Assembly: GCA_963575745.1 (NCBI GenBank)
Contig: CAUYUJ010000314.1
Location: 186,001 to 250,000 of the forward strand
Source: Prorocentrum cordatum
Taxonomy: Eukaryota
Length of the DNA: 64,000 nt
Direction of reading: 5' to 3'
Shown in pieces: positions 24,020 through 37,552 of this stretch. Every line of letters starts with the position of its first letter. The stretch's first letter is position 1. Under the pieces are notes generated by a model. It saw only the letters and a program-made list of their open reading frames with translations. It searched no databases and had not been told where the DNA came from. A program made the position numbers and the translations under genes.

Positions 24020-24509
24020 ACAACATCAACATACTCATCATCACCAGGACACCATCATCGTCATCATCACCACCATCAACATAACCATCATGATAATCAT
24101 CAACAACATCATTATCGGGACACCGACGGGACACCGACGGGACACCGGCGGGAAACCGCGGGCCCAGAAGGGAATCATTTGGTCCGGCCGCGCCTCAGCC
24201 ACACGGGACACCGACGGGACACCGGCGGGACACCGCGGGCCCCCGGCCGCCCGGAAGGGAGTCATTTGGTCCGGCCGCGCCTCAGCCACACGGGACACCA
24301 GCGGGACACCGGCGGGACACCGCGGGCCCCCGGCCGCCCGGAAGGGAGACATTTGGTCCGGCCGCGCCTCAGCCACAGGAGACTTTCTCTCGCCCGCCCA
24401 CGCAGCTTCGCCTCGCCCGCACGGCACGCACGAACACGAAACCGAAATCGACTTCCCGGTAAGGGGGCTCTCCGTTCCACTTCGATCTCACCCCCTCACC
24501 TCCGATGTA
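23179..24509 (-). mobile_element. Family H1 copy 3 (inverted)
   Basis: Reverse complement of the copy 2 architecture: hairpin 23193-23205, (TCACTCGATC)n, (CAT)n, head block 24120-24509. Confidence 0.85.
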
Positions 24510-25344
24510 CATTGATGGATGCAGTTCGTTCGCATCAGTCAGGTTTTTCATATTGCATTTCTTCGGTATCTCTGTCAAAAATCTTTCTTTCTCGTGCATC
24601 TTGACTCGCGCAATAGCACCTCTGGTGTGCTGGATGTGGTAGTCGGGTGGTGCACAGAGGGGGCGGAGCAGGCGTGGACGAGGAGGACGAGGGGGAGGAG
24701 GAGGACGAGCAAGGGGACGATGATGTGGCTTCTGATGGTGGCTGTGATGATGGTGAGGGCGATGAGGAAGCGAGGCGGAGGATCCGAGGCGCAGATGCGG
24801 CGCAGAGGAGTACGCGGAGTGAGGAGGGTGAGGACGGTGGGCGAGGATCGCAGGCCAATCTGGGCCCGACCGATCGCTGCGCCGGGCCGCATCACCAGGG
24901 CGGCGCGCGCGCCCGAGGTAAGGGCGCCAAGACGGAGTTCGTTGCGTGCACACAGGCTTCCTCTCCCCTCTGCCTCTGTCCTCCGTCTCTGTCCCTCTCC
25001 CCCTCTGGCGCTCCCTCCCAGTCTCGCCCTCTCTCTCTCTCTCTCCTGCCCCCTCTCTCTCTCTGAGCTGCTGAGCTGTATGCGAGACCGCCCTCGGAGA
25101 GGTCAGCGCTGGCGTGCCCAGGGATCTCGGAGCTGGCCCAGCGGTGATCCAGCCGCTCGCCGGGTCCAGGGGCCGAGAAGCTCCCGAGCTGGCCATGGCC
25201 AGGCGCCAAGGGCGGCCCGCGGGCGCGCGCGGCGCTGCCTGCGTCTCGGTTCCCGGTTCGATGCCTCGATGCGTGTCAGTTGCCCCCCTCCCCACACGGG
25301 CCCTCGGAGTGGCAGGAGCTCCGTACTCCTCCTCCTCCCAGGGC

Positions 25345-25552
25345 TCATTTCGATTCCTCCGATTCGATGCGATTCGATTTCGATGGCTTTCGATTCCGAT
25401 TCGATTCGACTTCGGATTCCGATTTGGGCTCCGATGTCTCAATGGAGGCCTACTAGCCTGCCGATTTCCGCCGATCCGACGTTTCTCGACTCGGCTGCCG
25501 ATATCCTCCGATCCGATTTATTTCGATTGCCGATCCGATCAATCGATTCGAT
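25345..25552. repeat. (CGATT/CCGAT)n degenerate pentamer repeat
   Basis: Seen directly. Confidence 0.85.
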
Positions 25553-25569
25553 CTTGGGCCCTCCAGTCC

Positions 25570-26626
<1,057 letters not shown>

Positions 26627-26627
26627 G

Positions 26628-26659
26628 TCCGTAGCCTGGCTCAAGCCATTTGGCTCAAG
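26628..26659 (+). other. Tandem (double) spliced-leader relic
   Basis: TCCGTAGCC-TGGCTCAAG followed by CCATTTGGCTCAAG. Confidence 0.92.
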
Positions 26660-28130
26660 GCCGTTTTCTCCAGCCAGGGCCGCCGCGCGCCGGGCCGCCC
26701 TCCGCGCGCATGCAGGCCTCCTCGGGGCTGAAGGGGACCAGCGTTGGTCTCTGCGGCTTGAGGCGACGCCATCAGCGTCGTAACACCGAGGTCTACTTCA
26801 TCGAGCTCTTCCTCATCGCCCTTGGGTGGTGCATGGGAGCGAGGCTCGACTTCTTGGTGCCGTACCAGTACGTCGGAGGTGACCTGGGCCTGAGGATCCA
26901 TGAGTTCGTCAGGCGCGGCGAGTGGGACAATGTCCGCATCCCAATACTGGGGGAGCCTTGGTCCGCCACCTTCCCCATCGCCGGGCAACTGGGATTCTCC
27001 GGAGGTGGTGCTCGACACGGAGACGCTCGTGCTGAGAGCTACAGCTCCCTTGACGGGCACAATACCGATGCCGCCAGCGCCACCTTCTCCAGCGTTCAGG
27101 CCGATCAAGATGCTCAAGCGCTGGAAGAAAATCAGCCCAGAGATGCAGGTCAGCGACGCCAAGGAGCAGAAGAAAACATTTGTACTCAGCCACACGGCGC
27201 ACAAACGCAGGAAGCGCAAGGATAAGTTCGCCAAAGTCAGGGACGGCACCACCGAGGGTTCTGGGGAGCGGCCAGGCCCTCGCGGCTGCGTCGAATACTT
27301 CATTGGCGACCTCTCCATCAACGGGGACGGGGACGGCGATCATGGTTAACATCGGCGACATGAAGGCGCCTCTGCCTCCGCTCCCCATGATGATGAAGGA
27401 GGAGGGGGGCCCTCGCCCCGTTGCGCGGGAGTGGATCTAAGCCGGTCCCTAAGCGTTGCGTTTGAGGGGGGAGGGATTGGGCTCGTCCCGCCTGGCATTC
27501 TGCACCTCGTAGAGGAGAAGACCAGGCCTACCATGGTTTGCAAGAGTCACGGCTTCAATGTCGACGCAAAGACGTTCATGCCAGCAGATCAGTACACACG
27601 TTGGAGGAGGTCACCGATCGAGAGCGGCGTCGAGGGCGAGTTCGAGCCCACTTTCGACGACATCATCAATGGCAAGTTCGACAATTCGGAGGGCATTGTC
27701 CCGCCCGCCATCAGCAACACCGAGGAGTACTTCCAGCCCTCCTTCGCGGGCGACTTCGCGCCCATCCTGAAGAGTGACACCGAGGGCGACTTCCAGCCCC
27801 TTTCCAAGAATGACTTCGAGGACAACCTCGAGCCCACCTTCAACTTCGACGCCGAGGGGCTCGCCACGGGCGGCACTGCGGACCGCTTTGCGTCCGACGT
27901 GGAGGTCTTCGGCGACCCCGACAAAAAGGGCCACATCGGGCCCGAGCAGGGCGGGAAGAGGCAGTACACGGAGGACCAGCTCGCGACCCTGGGCACTGAT
28001 CGTTTGGCGGTCCGGAGGCGCTTGGGCTACATAGCTTGAAGAAGATCGGCACGGCCTCCATGTACATCATAGGTCGTTGCATTGACTACTTCATCAACGT
28101 GGAGAATAATTTCGAGCCATTTTCGGTTCA
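26660..28130 (+). pseudogene. Fragmented retro-copied coding sequence downstream of SL relics, with a PAM2-like motif and acidic repeats
   Basis: Coding-like GC3 bias over ORFs 26650, 26900, 27180 and 27431 in shifting frames; FNVDAKTFMP at 27554-27583; EG(D/E)F(E/Q)P repeats at 27630-27860. Confidence 0.55.
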
Positions 28131-28699
28131 ACCCGGGCGTCTCAGTCCCGCGCGGCCGCCGCGATTAGGAGCCTGGGCGTGCGCGGTGCACTGCAAAAAA
28201 CCCTCCTCTTCCTCCCTCTGGAGGCCGTCCTCACCGACGCCAACGAGAGCTGCAACGTGGCCGGCCGGGAGAAGGCCGCCATGCTGGAGCCGGGTGACGC
28301 CATGGCGGAGATCTTGGAGGAGGCTCCCCGACCGTGAGGGGTGGGTGGATAGAAGAGGAGGAGGAGGAGGAGGAGGAGGAGGAGGAGGAGGAGGAGGAGG
28401 AGAGGGAGAGGAGGAGGAGGAGGAGGATGAGGAGGGGAGGAGGAAAGGAGGAGGAGGAGAACAAATCATAATAATACCAATAAGAAGAAGACGAAGAAGA
28501 ATAATACGAAGAAGATTTATAATATAAGAATAATAATAAGAAGAAGAAGAGGAGGAGGAGGAGGAGGAGGAGGAGGAGGAGGAGGAGAGAGGATGAGGGA
28601 GGAGGAGGAGAGGAGGAGGGAGGAGGGAGGAGAGAGGAGGAGGAGGAGGAGGAGGAGAGGAGTGGAGTGGAGTGGAGTGGAGTGGACCCCGTTGCGGAA

Positions 28700-30620
28700 G
28701 CAAGATCTCGTTACTAAATGACCACATCACGCCTGGCCGCTCGAACGTCGAGACGATTGCTCGGCTCGGCTCAGGACTTTAGGCTGTAACCGCCGAGAGA
28801 TGCTGTCAAGAAATTCGCTGCCGTGCTTGGACATTTCTTCCCCCACATGGGACTTTGAGGGATCGCAAAACCTTATCTGCAATCCCCCCGCAAACACTAC
28901 AGAACCAGACCTAAAGGGTCGGGTGGACATTCAGGGTGTGCGTAGTGTGTGCCCAGCCCCCCGCTGTATGAATTCTGGTCCCTCTGGGGGGCGAGAAAAT
29001 GACCCCGTCAACATTATATAACGCTGGGCACTCTGATGCCCGAAACTCACCGGCTGTGGCTAGGGTAGCCGAGCCTTGGCAACGCAGGCGCCGCCGACGA
29101 CATTCGGCTACGCGGTGTGATGACATGAGAGCAGAGACGTTATCAGCAGCAGAAGGGGGAGGGGGAACGGAGGAGGAGGAGGCGGGACCTCACGGGCACG
29201 CTTCTTTTCCTCGATCTCTGCTTCTTGGGTTGCCCAGATGCTGTCCAGGCTCGCTCTCAACAGTCTCATTGTGATGAGGTACGTTTTACGTTCATGCAAC
29301 AATGCTCTCGATCTTTCAGCCTGGGGCAGGCGGGCTTTAGCGGCAGCATATCCAGCAAATTCGTCTGCTAATGCATTGCCCAAAACCAGTTGGCGAATGG
29401 CACGACCTTCGTATATGTTTTCCCCGCTCATATGGGAGTGGGTCCAAATCACAGCAATCTTGTGGTGCAGCCTACTTTTCATTAAGTCTACAATTTTGTG
29501 CCATACGTCAGCGTCCTTGCCCGTTGGATTTTCATATCGCTTCTCGTACCATCCTTTTGCTACCATCTCGCAATCCGCCGTGAAAATCACAAGCCTCCGA
29601 GTGGTCCAGATAGCCATATACAGCGCCAACAGTTCACCGTGTGCGACGACCTGTCTGGGGCCAGCCAGTGGGCCAAATATGGTGCCTGTGATCTCGATCG
29701 TTGTGATGAGCCTGGACACGACGACGATGGCGACCCCAGCTCTCCGAAATCTTGTGAGGGCCGAGTCGGGGCCCCCTCTCGCATCCCCGAAGATAGTGAT
29801 GGGCTCCTCTCTGGAACCGTTCCCAAAAACTCCAGCGGCAACCTCGTTGATCCCCGTGACAGCCCAGTCGTCGGCCCCTGGCGGGGCCGTGACCGCAGTC
29901 CAAGCCTTCGGGAGAAGGCCCCTGAGCCAGTAGCATTCCGCTAGGTTGATTTGGGTCATCGCCTCGGGGACCAAGGACTCTGAAGCACCATATGGGAGAG
30001 CTCTTGTGTTGGCCTCGCACTCCCACGCTCTGTGCATGGCCGTCTCGGGCTTGGCCTTGCACTTGTCGCAGTGCACGGGGGCGGTATACTTAGTCATCGT
30101 GTCCTTCTTCCTTTGGCGTGGCCAAAAGCCCCCGGTGCCAATATTGGTTGACGGCCCTGCAAGTCGGGGGCAATTTTCCAAGTGACTGACTTGTCGCAAC
30201 AATAATCTGAAAGAAGCATTGTCCACCCCGTGCTCAGTACCGCCTCCACAATAGTGGCTGCTCGCTTGCTTCCATACAAACAGTTCTGCCAACCTGCGGA
30301 TGCCTTTCAAAAGCTCTGCATGGGAATCTACAAAATGGTTCTCTGTATAATTCGAGATTGGAAACTGCCACTCCTCCGCCGTGTCGTGTAGTGACGCATA
30401 TGACCATACCGAGGCCTCGATTGGGTCCCAGTTGATCCTCAACAGTGTGAGGATGAGAAGGAACGCCCGCATTGGGGAGGACGAAGTGGCCCCATGCCAA
30501 AGTACCATTGCCACCCCAATTGGGGGCGGAGGAAAGCGACCTGAGGTGTTGCACGAGACGGTTCGCGCTCAGAGTGGTGGGAACTTTCAGGTAGAACGCC
30601 AGTTGTTGAGGCGGCGAGGG
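28700..30620 (-). mobile_element. 5'-truncated, decayed non-LTR retrotransposon (post-RT region, Zn finger, RNase H, C-terminal Cys motifs)
   Basis: ORF 29108..30514: LTLLRINW; CDKCKAKPETAMHRAWEC; IFGDARGG; GPLAGPRQVVAHGEL; WTHSH; GNALADEFA; downstream HTTHTL...VWFCSVCGG...LKVPC. Confidence 0.9.
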
Positions 30621-32386
30621 GTCTCGAACGTACGCGCCTTGGTTATTACCATCAGCGTGACCATCCTTTCTTTTCCGTCTTTAAACTCTCTTGTTGCTCC
30701 CTGCTCCGTCCCTCCGCCGTCTCTCCTCGCGCTCCATCTCCCTCTTCTACTTATTCCTCCTGTGCTCCCTCCGCCTCTTCGTTAATCCTGCGTTCACCTC
30801 CCCCTCCTCCCCCTGAACGCGTCTTATCCCCATCGATGCTTTCTCCGCTTTTCCCTCCTGCTCCGTGAGGGCGACCCCGTTGTCAAGCTGGCGGAGGCCC
30901 TGGAGGTCGATCAGCTCGACTTTGAGAAGGCGTCCTCTTCTTCCTCCTCCATCACCTCCACCTCCAACTCCCCTTGCAACTCCGCCCCCGCCTTCTGCAC
31001 CTAAACTCCCACCTCGATCTCCAGTACATCTATTGCTCCCCCTCCGCCTCGGCCTCTCTCTCTCTCTCTCTTGCGCTCTCTCTTCTTCGACGCGCACCTT
31101 CACCTCTACACTTCCCTTCCTCTTCGGTCCTGTGCTGTGGCTGGCCGCGGCTCTCCCGTTTGTTCGCATTTGTTGCAGGAGGACTTCGTCTTGCGTCTTT
31201 GGTAGTGGCCAGTGGCATGCATGCACAGATGATAGAAATTCATTTTCATGTGCATCCTCTTCCGCCCTTCTTCTTATTGTGCTTATTGTGCCGCTGCTGC
31301 TGCTGCTGCTGATCCTCTTCTTCAGTTCCTGCGCGAGCAGGCGACGTCTTGACAGGTGTCGATCTGACATCACACGGCATAGATCCAGATTCACCCCCAG
31401 GTGGGGCACAGATGGCATTCCATGGAAGCGCGTGGCGTACAACTTTTTTGGTGGAGGGGGAGGGGGGGTCCTCCCCTCCTTTCCCCTGGGGAGAGAGGTG
31501 CGGAGCGGCAGGGAGGCAGGAGACAGGGGTAGGAGTTGGAAGGGCCCGATCGCTCAGCGAATGTGTTGGGCCTAAGCGGTCCTTAGTTGTACCAAGAAAG
31601 CGGAGCACAGGCGGAGCAGGGGGGTCCTCCTCCCCTTTCCCCGGCAGAGCCATCCTGGCACCCTCCTGCAGCAAAGCTGAAGCTCAGGCTCTAGTCTGTA
31701 ACTGTGGCTTTTTCAACCTCACACGCCGCATCGGCGGATTGTTGCATCTGAAGCTTAGATTTAGCAGGAGCTTCACGAATTGAGGGTGGTTCGTTCTCAA
31801 CATGTGGCTCTCACCTTGGTGCCGCGCACATTCGTCTTTCAAAGTTTGCAGAAGCTTCACGGATGGACGGCAGGCCGTTTTCAAGATGTGGTTCTCGCTT
31901 TGGCGATGCGCGCATTCCTCCGCAAAGTTCGCGATCGCTTCGCGGACGGCGGGCGGATCCTTGTCAAGACGTGGCCCTCGCCGGAGCGCCGGGCACGTGT
32001 GTTTTGACAGTCTGCGCGGGCTTCGCGAGCGGAGGACGCGCCGCTGTCAAGATGCGGCTCCCGCCGCAGCGCCGCGCACGTGCGGCCCTGAGAGCTTGCC
32101 ATGCGCTGCATGGGCGGAGGGCGGGCTGCCTTCAAAGCGTGGCTCTCGCCCCGGCGCTGCGCGCGCGCCGCTCAAGAGTTCGCGCGGCATGCGCGCGGAC
32201 GGAGGGGCGGCTCCCGTGCAGAGGCGTGGCTCCTGCCCGAGCGCCGCGCGCTCGTGTCTCGGGAGCGTGCGGGGGCGCTTCGCGGGTGGAGGGTGAAGCA
32301 AGCGGTGGTCGGCGTGTGGCTCCGGCCCACTCGCCGCCCGCCCGCCTGCGCCTCTTAGATGCGCAGGAGGTTCACGGACGGGCGGC

Positions 32387-32545
<159 letters not shown>

Positions 32546-33088
32546 TGCATGTCGCCGGAGTGCCGCGCGCATTCGCTGCAACAGAACAGTCTGCAGGAGC
32601 TTCTCGGACGGAGGGCGGTTCGTTTTCAGAATGTGGTTCTCGCCTCAGCGCTGCACACATTCGTTTCAAACGGCTGCGAGAAGTTCACGGGTGGGGGGCG
32701 GGTCGTTTTCACAATGTTGTTCTCGTCTTTAGCGCTGGTGCGCATTCCTTGCAAGCGTTTGTAAGAGCTCACTGCATGGAGCGCGGCTGGCTTTCAAAAT
32801 GTGGTCGTCGCCGTAGCGACGAACTTATTTGCTTGAATCAGCAGGGAGAGTTTCACGGATGGACGGCGGCTCGTTTTCAAAAACGTGGTTCTCAATTGAG
32901 CGCCGCGCACATTCGTTTTTCAAAGTTGTATGAGTTTAACGGAAGGATGACAGGTCGTTTTCAGTGTGTGACTCTCGTTGTAGCCCCGTGCTTCTACGTT
33001 TGAGAAAATTGGCATTACGGAAGAGCTTTCCGAATGGAGGGCAGCTCTTTTTCAAGTGTGGTCCTCACCTGAGCGCCGCGTACATAAG

Positions 33089-34270
33089 TTTTTCCCATCC
33101 ATCTTGTGGTGTTGGGTCCTCGTTTTGAAGAGACGGTCCCCGCGTTCCTCCTCCTCCTCCTCCTCCTCCTCCTCCTCCTCCTCCTCCTCCTCCTCCTCCT
33201 CCCTACCGTCCGCATGCGTCCCGCACACCCAGTACAGCGTCTTGTGGCCCTATAGGGAGCCCCACCGAAGGTCCCAGTGCTACAGTCCGCATGCGTCCCG
33301 CACACCCAGTACAGCGTTTCGTGGCCCCAGGAGCTCCACCGAAGGTCCCAGTGCTACCTCCGCATGCGTCCCGCACACCCAGTACAGCGTTTCGTGGGCC
33401 TCCTCCCCCTCTTCCTTGCGTTTCACCCACCCAGTACAACGTTTCGTGGCCCAATAGGGAGCCCCACCGAAGGTCCCAGTGCTACCGTTCGCATGCGTCC
33501 CGCACACCCAGTACAGCGTTTCGTGGCCCCATAGGGGGCTCCACCGAAGGTCCCAGTGCTACAGTCCGCATGCGTCCCGCACGCCCAGTGTAGCGTTTCG
33601 TGGCCCTCCTCCCCCTCCTCCTTGCTCTTCGCCGACCCAGTACAGCGTTTCATGGCCCCATAGGGAGCCCCACCGAAGGTCCCAGTGCTACCGTCCGCAT
33701 GCGTCCCGCACACCCAGTACAGCGTTTCGTGGCCCCATAGGGAGCCCTACCGAAGGTCCCAGCGCTACCGTCCGCATGCGTCCCGCACACCCAGTACAGC
33801 GTTTCGTGGCCCTCCTCCCCCTCCTCCCTGCGTTTCATCCACCCAGTACAACGTTTCGTGGCCCAATAGGGAGCCCCACCGAAGGCCCCAGTGCCCCCGT
33901 CCGCATGCGTCCCGGAAGTCCAAGTTGGCATTTTCACCCAGCCAGTGCAGCGTTTCGTGGCCCCATAGGGGGCTCCACCCAATCCACCGAAGCCCCACTG
34001 GGACCGTCCGCATGCGTCCCGGTAACTCAATTTGGCATTTTCACTCACTGAGTAGACCGCTTCGTGGCCCCATAGGGAGCTCCACCGAAGCCCTCAGTGG
34101 GACCGTCCGCATGCGTGCCGGAAATCCAATTCGGCACACCACCCACACAGTACAGAGTTCCCCCCGCCCAGTGCAGCGCTTCGTGGCCCCAAAGGGAGCT
34201 TCACCGAAGCAGATATTCACAATTACGGTACCCACAACTGCATATGGTTGGGACCTTCGCCAAGATAATT
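33089..34270 (+). mobile_element. Composite Helentron/DINE-like element, family H2 copy A
   Basis: TTTTT-CCCATCCAT head (60 nt shared with 52350), (CCT)n, ~77-bp satellite, 3' block GTAC...ATGGTTGGG-ACCTTCG...TAATT shared with 55150-55192. Confidence 0.8.
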
Positions 34271-35120
34271 GTAAGGTTGCAGAGGGACGGCGGGTGGATT
34301 TCATAATGTTGCCTTCGCTTGAGCGCCGCGCTTGTTCGTTTGATAAAAGATGCTAGAGCTTCACGGAGAAAGGGCTGGTCGCCGTCAACATGTAGTTATC
34401 GCTTGTGCGCCGCCCACGTAAGTTTAGAACAGCTCACAACATGTAAACGAAATTCGTATGGTTGACGTCCCACGAATGGTGTCCCGGCGCTGTTTAGGAT
34501 TGCCTGTGCGCAACAGTCACGTTGATTCGCGTTGTTGAGGTCGCAGGAATTGTGTTCTGGCACGATTCAAGAAGATCGTCAGGACGCAACAGTCAACTTG
34601 GTTTGCGGCGTGGAAATCCAACGAGTGGTTTTTTGGCGCGATGCAAGATTCTCAGACGGTTGTCTTCCAATGGGGCACTTCCGGCAGTGAAGAAATATTC
34701 TTGTAGGGGCCTATGAAGAGGGATCTTGGGACGAGATGTGTTGCAACATCGTGGATGCGTCTTGGATTTGCACGGTTCCTCCTCCTCCTCGTTCCTCGCT
34801 CCTCCGCGCTCCTCCCTCCTCGTTCCTCCCTCCTCTCTCCTCGCCCCTCGCTCATCACTTCGAACTCCTCACTCCTCCTCCTTTCCCTCCTTGTCCTCCT
34901 CCTCCTCGCTCCTCACTCCCTCTCCTCCTCCCCGCTCCCCGCTCCTCCGCGCCGCCTCCCGCCCCCCCCCTCCGCGCCGCCTCCCGCCCCCCTCTGCCGC
35001 AGGTCGCCAGCGACGGGGACCCCTGAGCGGCCGCGGCCCAGGGGATGCGGTCGGCCCTGCTGGGCACGGCCGCACCGAGGTTTGCGATCGAGGTCGGTTC
35101 GGGGAGGGCAAATCGGCCAC

Positions 35121-35275
35121 GCGCAGAGGGGGGGGGGGGAGGGGGGAAGGCTTCCTAGAAGCACCCCTGCTTCTGAAAAGCGGCGGGCTCTGTCTGTAGA
35201 TGTGAGGCCCCGCGCCCTCCAAGAAGCAGAATCGTTCTAGGAAGCCTTCCCCCCTCCCCCCACTCCCTTGTGCGC
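35121..35275. mobile_element. 155-bp MITE, family M4, imperfect 5-bp TSD GCCAC/GCCGC
   Basis: TIR gcgca...gggggaggggggaaggcttcctagaa / ttctaggaagccttccccctccccc...tgcgc. Confidence 0.72.
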
Positions 35276-35869
35276 GCCGCCAGGCTAATGTTCTTCGTTT
35301 CTGTTGCCTTTTCTTGTGCATCCTGGGGAAGGGTACCCCGAAGGATGGTTCTTCTGATCTGGCGGAGGGGCTCGTGTTCCTGAAGGGTGGTTCTTCTGTG
35401 CATGCTTGGAGCAGGCAGCTCTGACTGCAGGTCGACCGTGCCAAATCGAGGATACCCTGGCGTCCTGTCTATCCCGCGCTGTGCAACCCGCATGCCGTTT
35501 TTGGTGCTCTGGGGCCACGCTGCCGTCGCAGGAGTCTTGTGTGTCCTCTCTGGTGTTCTGTCCAAGCAAGTCCGACTGGACGGTCAGGAACTTGGCTGCC
35601 CTGATGCGCCCGGTTTGAATCGCACGCAGCACGTGCCGTGCTCCAACCATTCGTGCCAACACGCTGCGTGTTGGCTCAGCATGTTTGCCCATGTTTTGGC
35701 GAACGCATCGCGCCAAACGTGCGTGGTCAACTTCCGTGTGGGCCTCCGCGTCAAGACGCTGCGTGCTGCGTGCTGCGTACCCGGGGCAGCTAAGCTACGG
35801 AAAGGAATTTTGGCCCGGCGTGTCGCTCCGCCGGTGCTGGCCCACCACGCTGCGGCGCGACGCTGTAAC

Positions 35870-36036
35870 TCACCACCCGCCAAACCACCCCAACCCAACC
35901 CGAAGGCTTCAATTTGCCCTCCATTTCCAGTTGGGGGGGGTCGGGGAACATCGAAAAAACACATATGGAACCCGTACCCCCCCCAACCCGAAATTGGGGT
36001 CTTCGGGTTGGGTTGGGGTGGTCTGGTAGGTAGTCA
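35870..36036. mobile_element. 167-bp MITE, family M1 copy 2, 5-bp TSD GTAAC
   Basis: Highly similar to 2050-2215; GTAAC at 35865-35869 and 36037-36041. Confidence 0.93.
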
Positions 36037-36869
36037 GTAACCCTTTTTCTCACTCCCAGGCGTCCACGCCCCGAGCTCTGCCCCACCTCCCGCCCCGCGG
36101 GGCGGGGCGACACGCCGCCCGCGTGCAGGACATCGCGAGTCGCCGGGGTCGCAGTGGTGACACGCTAGGCAAAAGCTCCCGACCGCACTCCGAGCGGGCG
36201 CGCGCGCGTGCGCGTGCGCGCGCGGGCCGCGCGGGAGGTGCGAGCGAGCGCCTCCGGCGAGAGCAGAGGAAGCGCCTCACCGCTCCGAGTCGACAGGCAG
36301 CGGCCTCCTGGATGGGGTCCGGGTAGACGGGGTCAGAGGACCGCGTTGCATCGCCGATGAATCGGCGACGCGACGGCGCCGTCGGCGCGGATAGAGTCGG
36401 GCTCCACATCCGGCGGTGCATCGGCGATGCGGCGCGATCCTCCGACCCCAGATGTTCGGACCCCAGCTGGGGGGCCTGCACGAGGGGCCTCGCCCGCTCG
36501 TCTCGGGCGAGCGGTGCCCGCGAGGCCCCTGGTGGCACAGGCGATTTGTCCGCCCCCGTTTTCCTGATCCGCCCCGGAGAAATCACACGCATGTCAACCT
36601 CAGAAGGCCTTTAGTTTTGCATCCCCCCTGTTTCTCTCGGCGGGGAGCAAACTCGCCCCTCCTCCTGCTACTCCTCTTCCTCCTCCTCCTCCTCCTTCCT
36701 CCTCCTCCTCCTCCTCTTCGCCCTCCTCCTGCTCGTCCTCGTGGTCGTTATCATAGTCGTCGTTGTCGTCGCCCGTCGTCGCGGCGGAGATTATTTTCCT
36801 TCTGTTGTCAGCTGATCGACTTTACTACCTTGCTTAGGCCCTTGTTGAACGCAACTGCCCAGCTTTCGC

Positions 36870-36990
36870 GCCGAAGACCGCTGGGAACCGCCAAAGACCG
36901 CCGGGGGAACCGCCGAAGACTGTCAGAAGACTGCCGAAGACCGCCGAAGACCGCCGGAAGACCGCCCAGAGACCGCCGAAGACGGCCCAG
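36870..36990. repeat. ~10-11-bp tandem repeat (GAAGACCGCC)n
   Basis: Seen directly. Confidence 0.85.
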
Positions 36991-37059
36991 GAGCAATGGG
37001 TAATCAGGGGGGCATGGTCGAACACGTAGCCGTGCATCCCCCCCGCCATCTAAGGACTA

Positions 37060-37552
37060 CTCCCTCCTCCCTCCTCCCTCCTCCCTCCTCTCCTCCCTCC
37101 TCCCTCCCCTCCCTCCTCCCTCCTCCCTCCTCCCTCTCCTCCTCCTCTTTCCTCCTCCTCCTCCTCCTCCTCCTCCCTCCTCCTCCCTCTCCTCCTTCTC
37201 ATCCTCTCCTCCTCCTCCCCTCCCTCCCTCCCCCCTCCCTCCTTCCCTCCCTCCCTCCCTTCCCCCCTCCCTCCTCCCTCCCCCTCCCTCCTCCTCCTCC
37301 TCTCTCCTCCTCCCCTCCCTCCCTCCCTCCTCCCCCTCCAGCCCCCCCCCCCCTCCCCTCCCTTCCCTCCCTCCCTCCCTCCCTCCCTCCTCCCTCCCTC
37401 CATCCCTCCCCCTCCCTCCCTCCCTTCCCTCCCTCCCTCCCTCCCTCCCTCCCTCCCTCCCTCCCTCCTCCCTCCCCTCCTCCTCCCTCCTCCTCCTCCT
37501 CCTCCTTCTCCTCCTCCTCCTCCTCCTCCTCCTGCTCCTCCTCCTCCTCCTC
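37060..37552. repeat. (CCT/CCCT)n polypyrimidine tract
   Basis: Seen directly. Confidence 0.97.
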
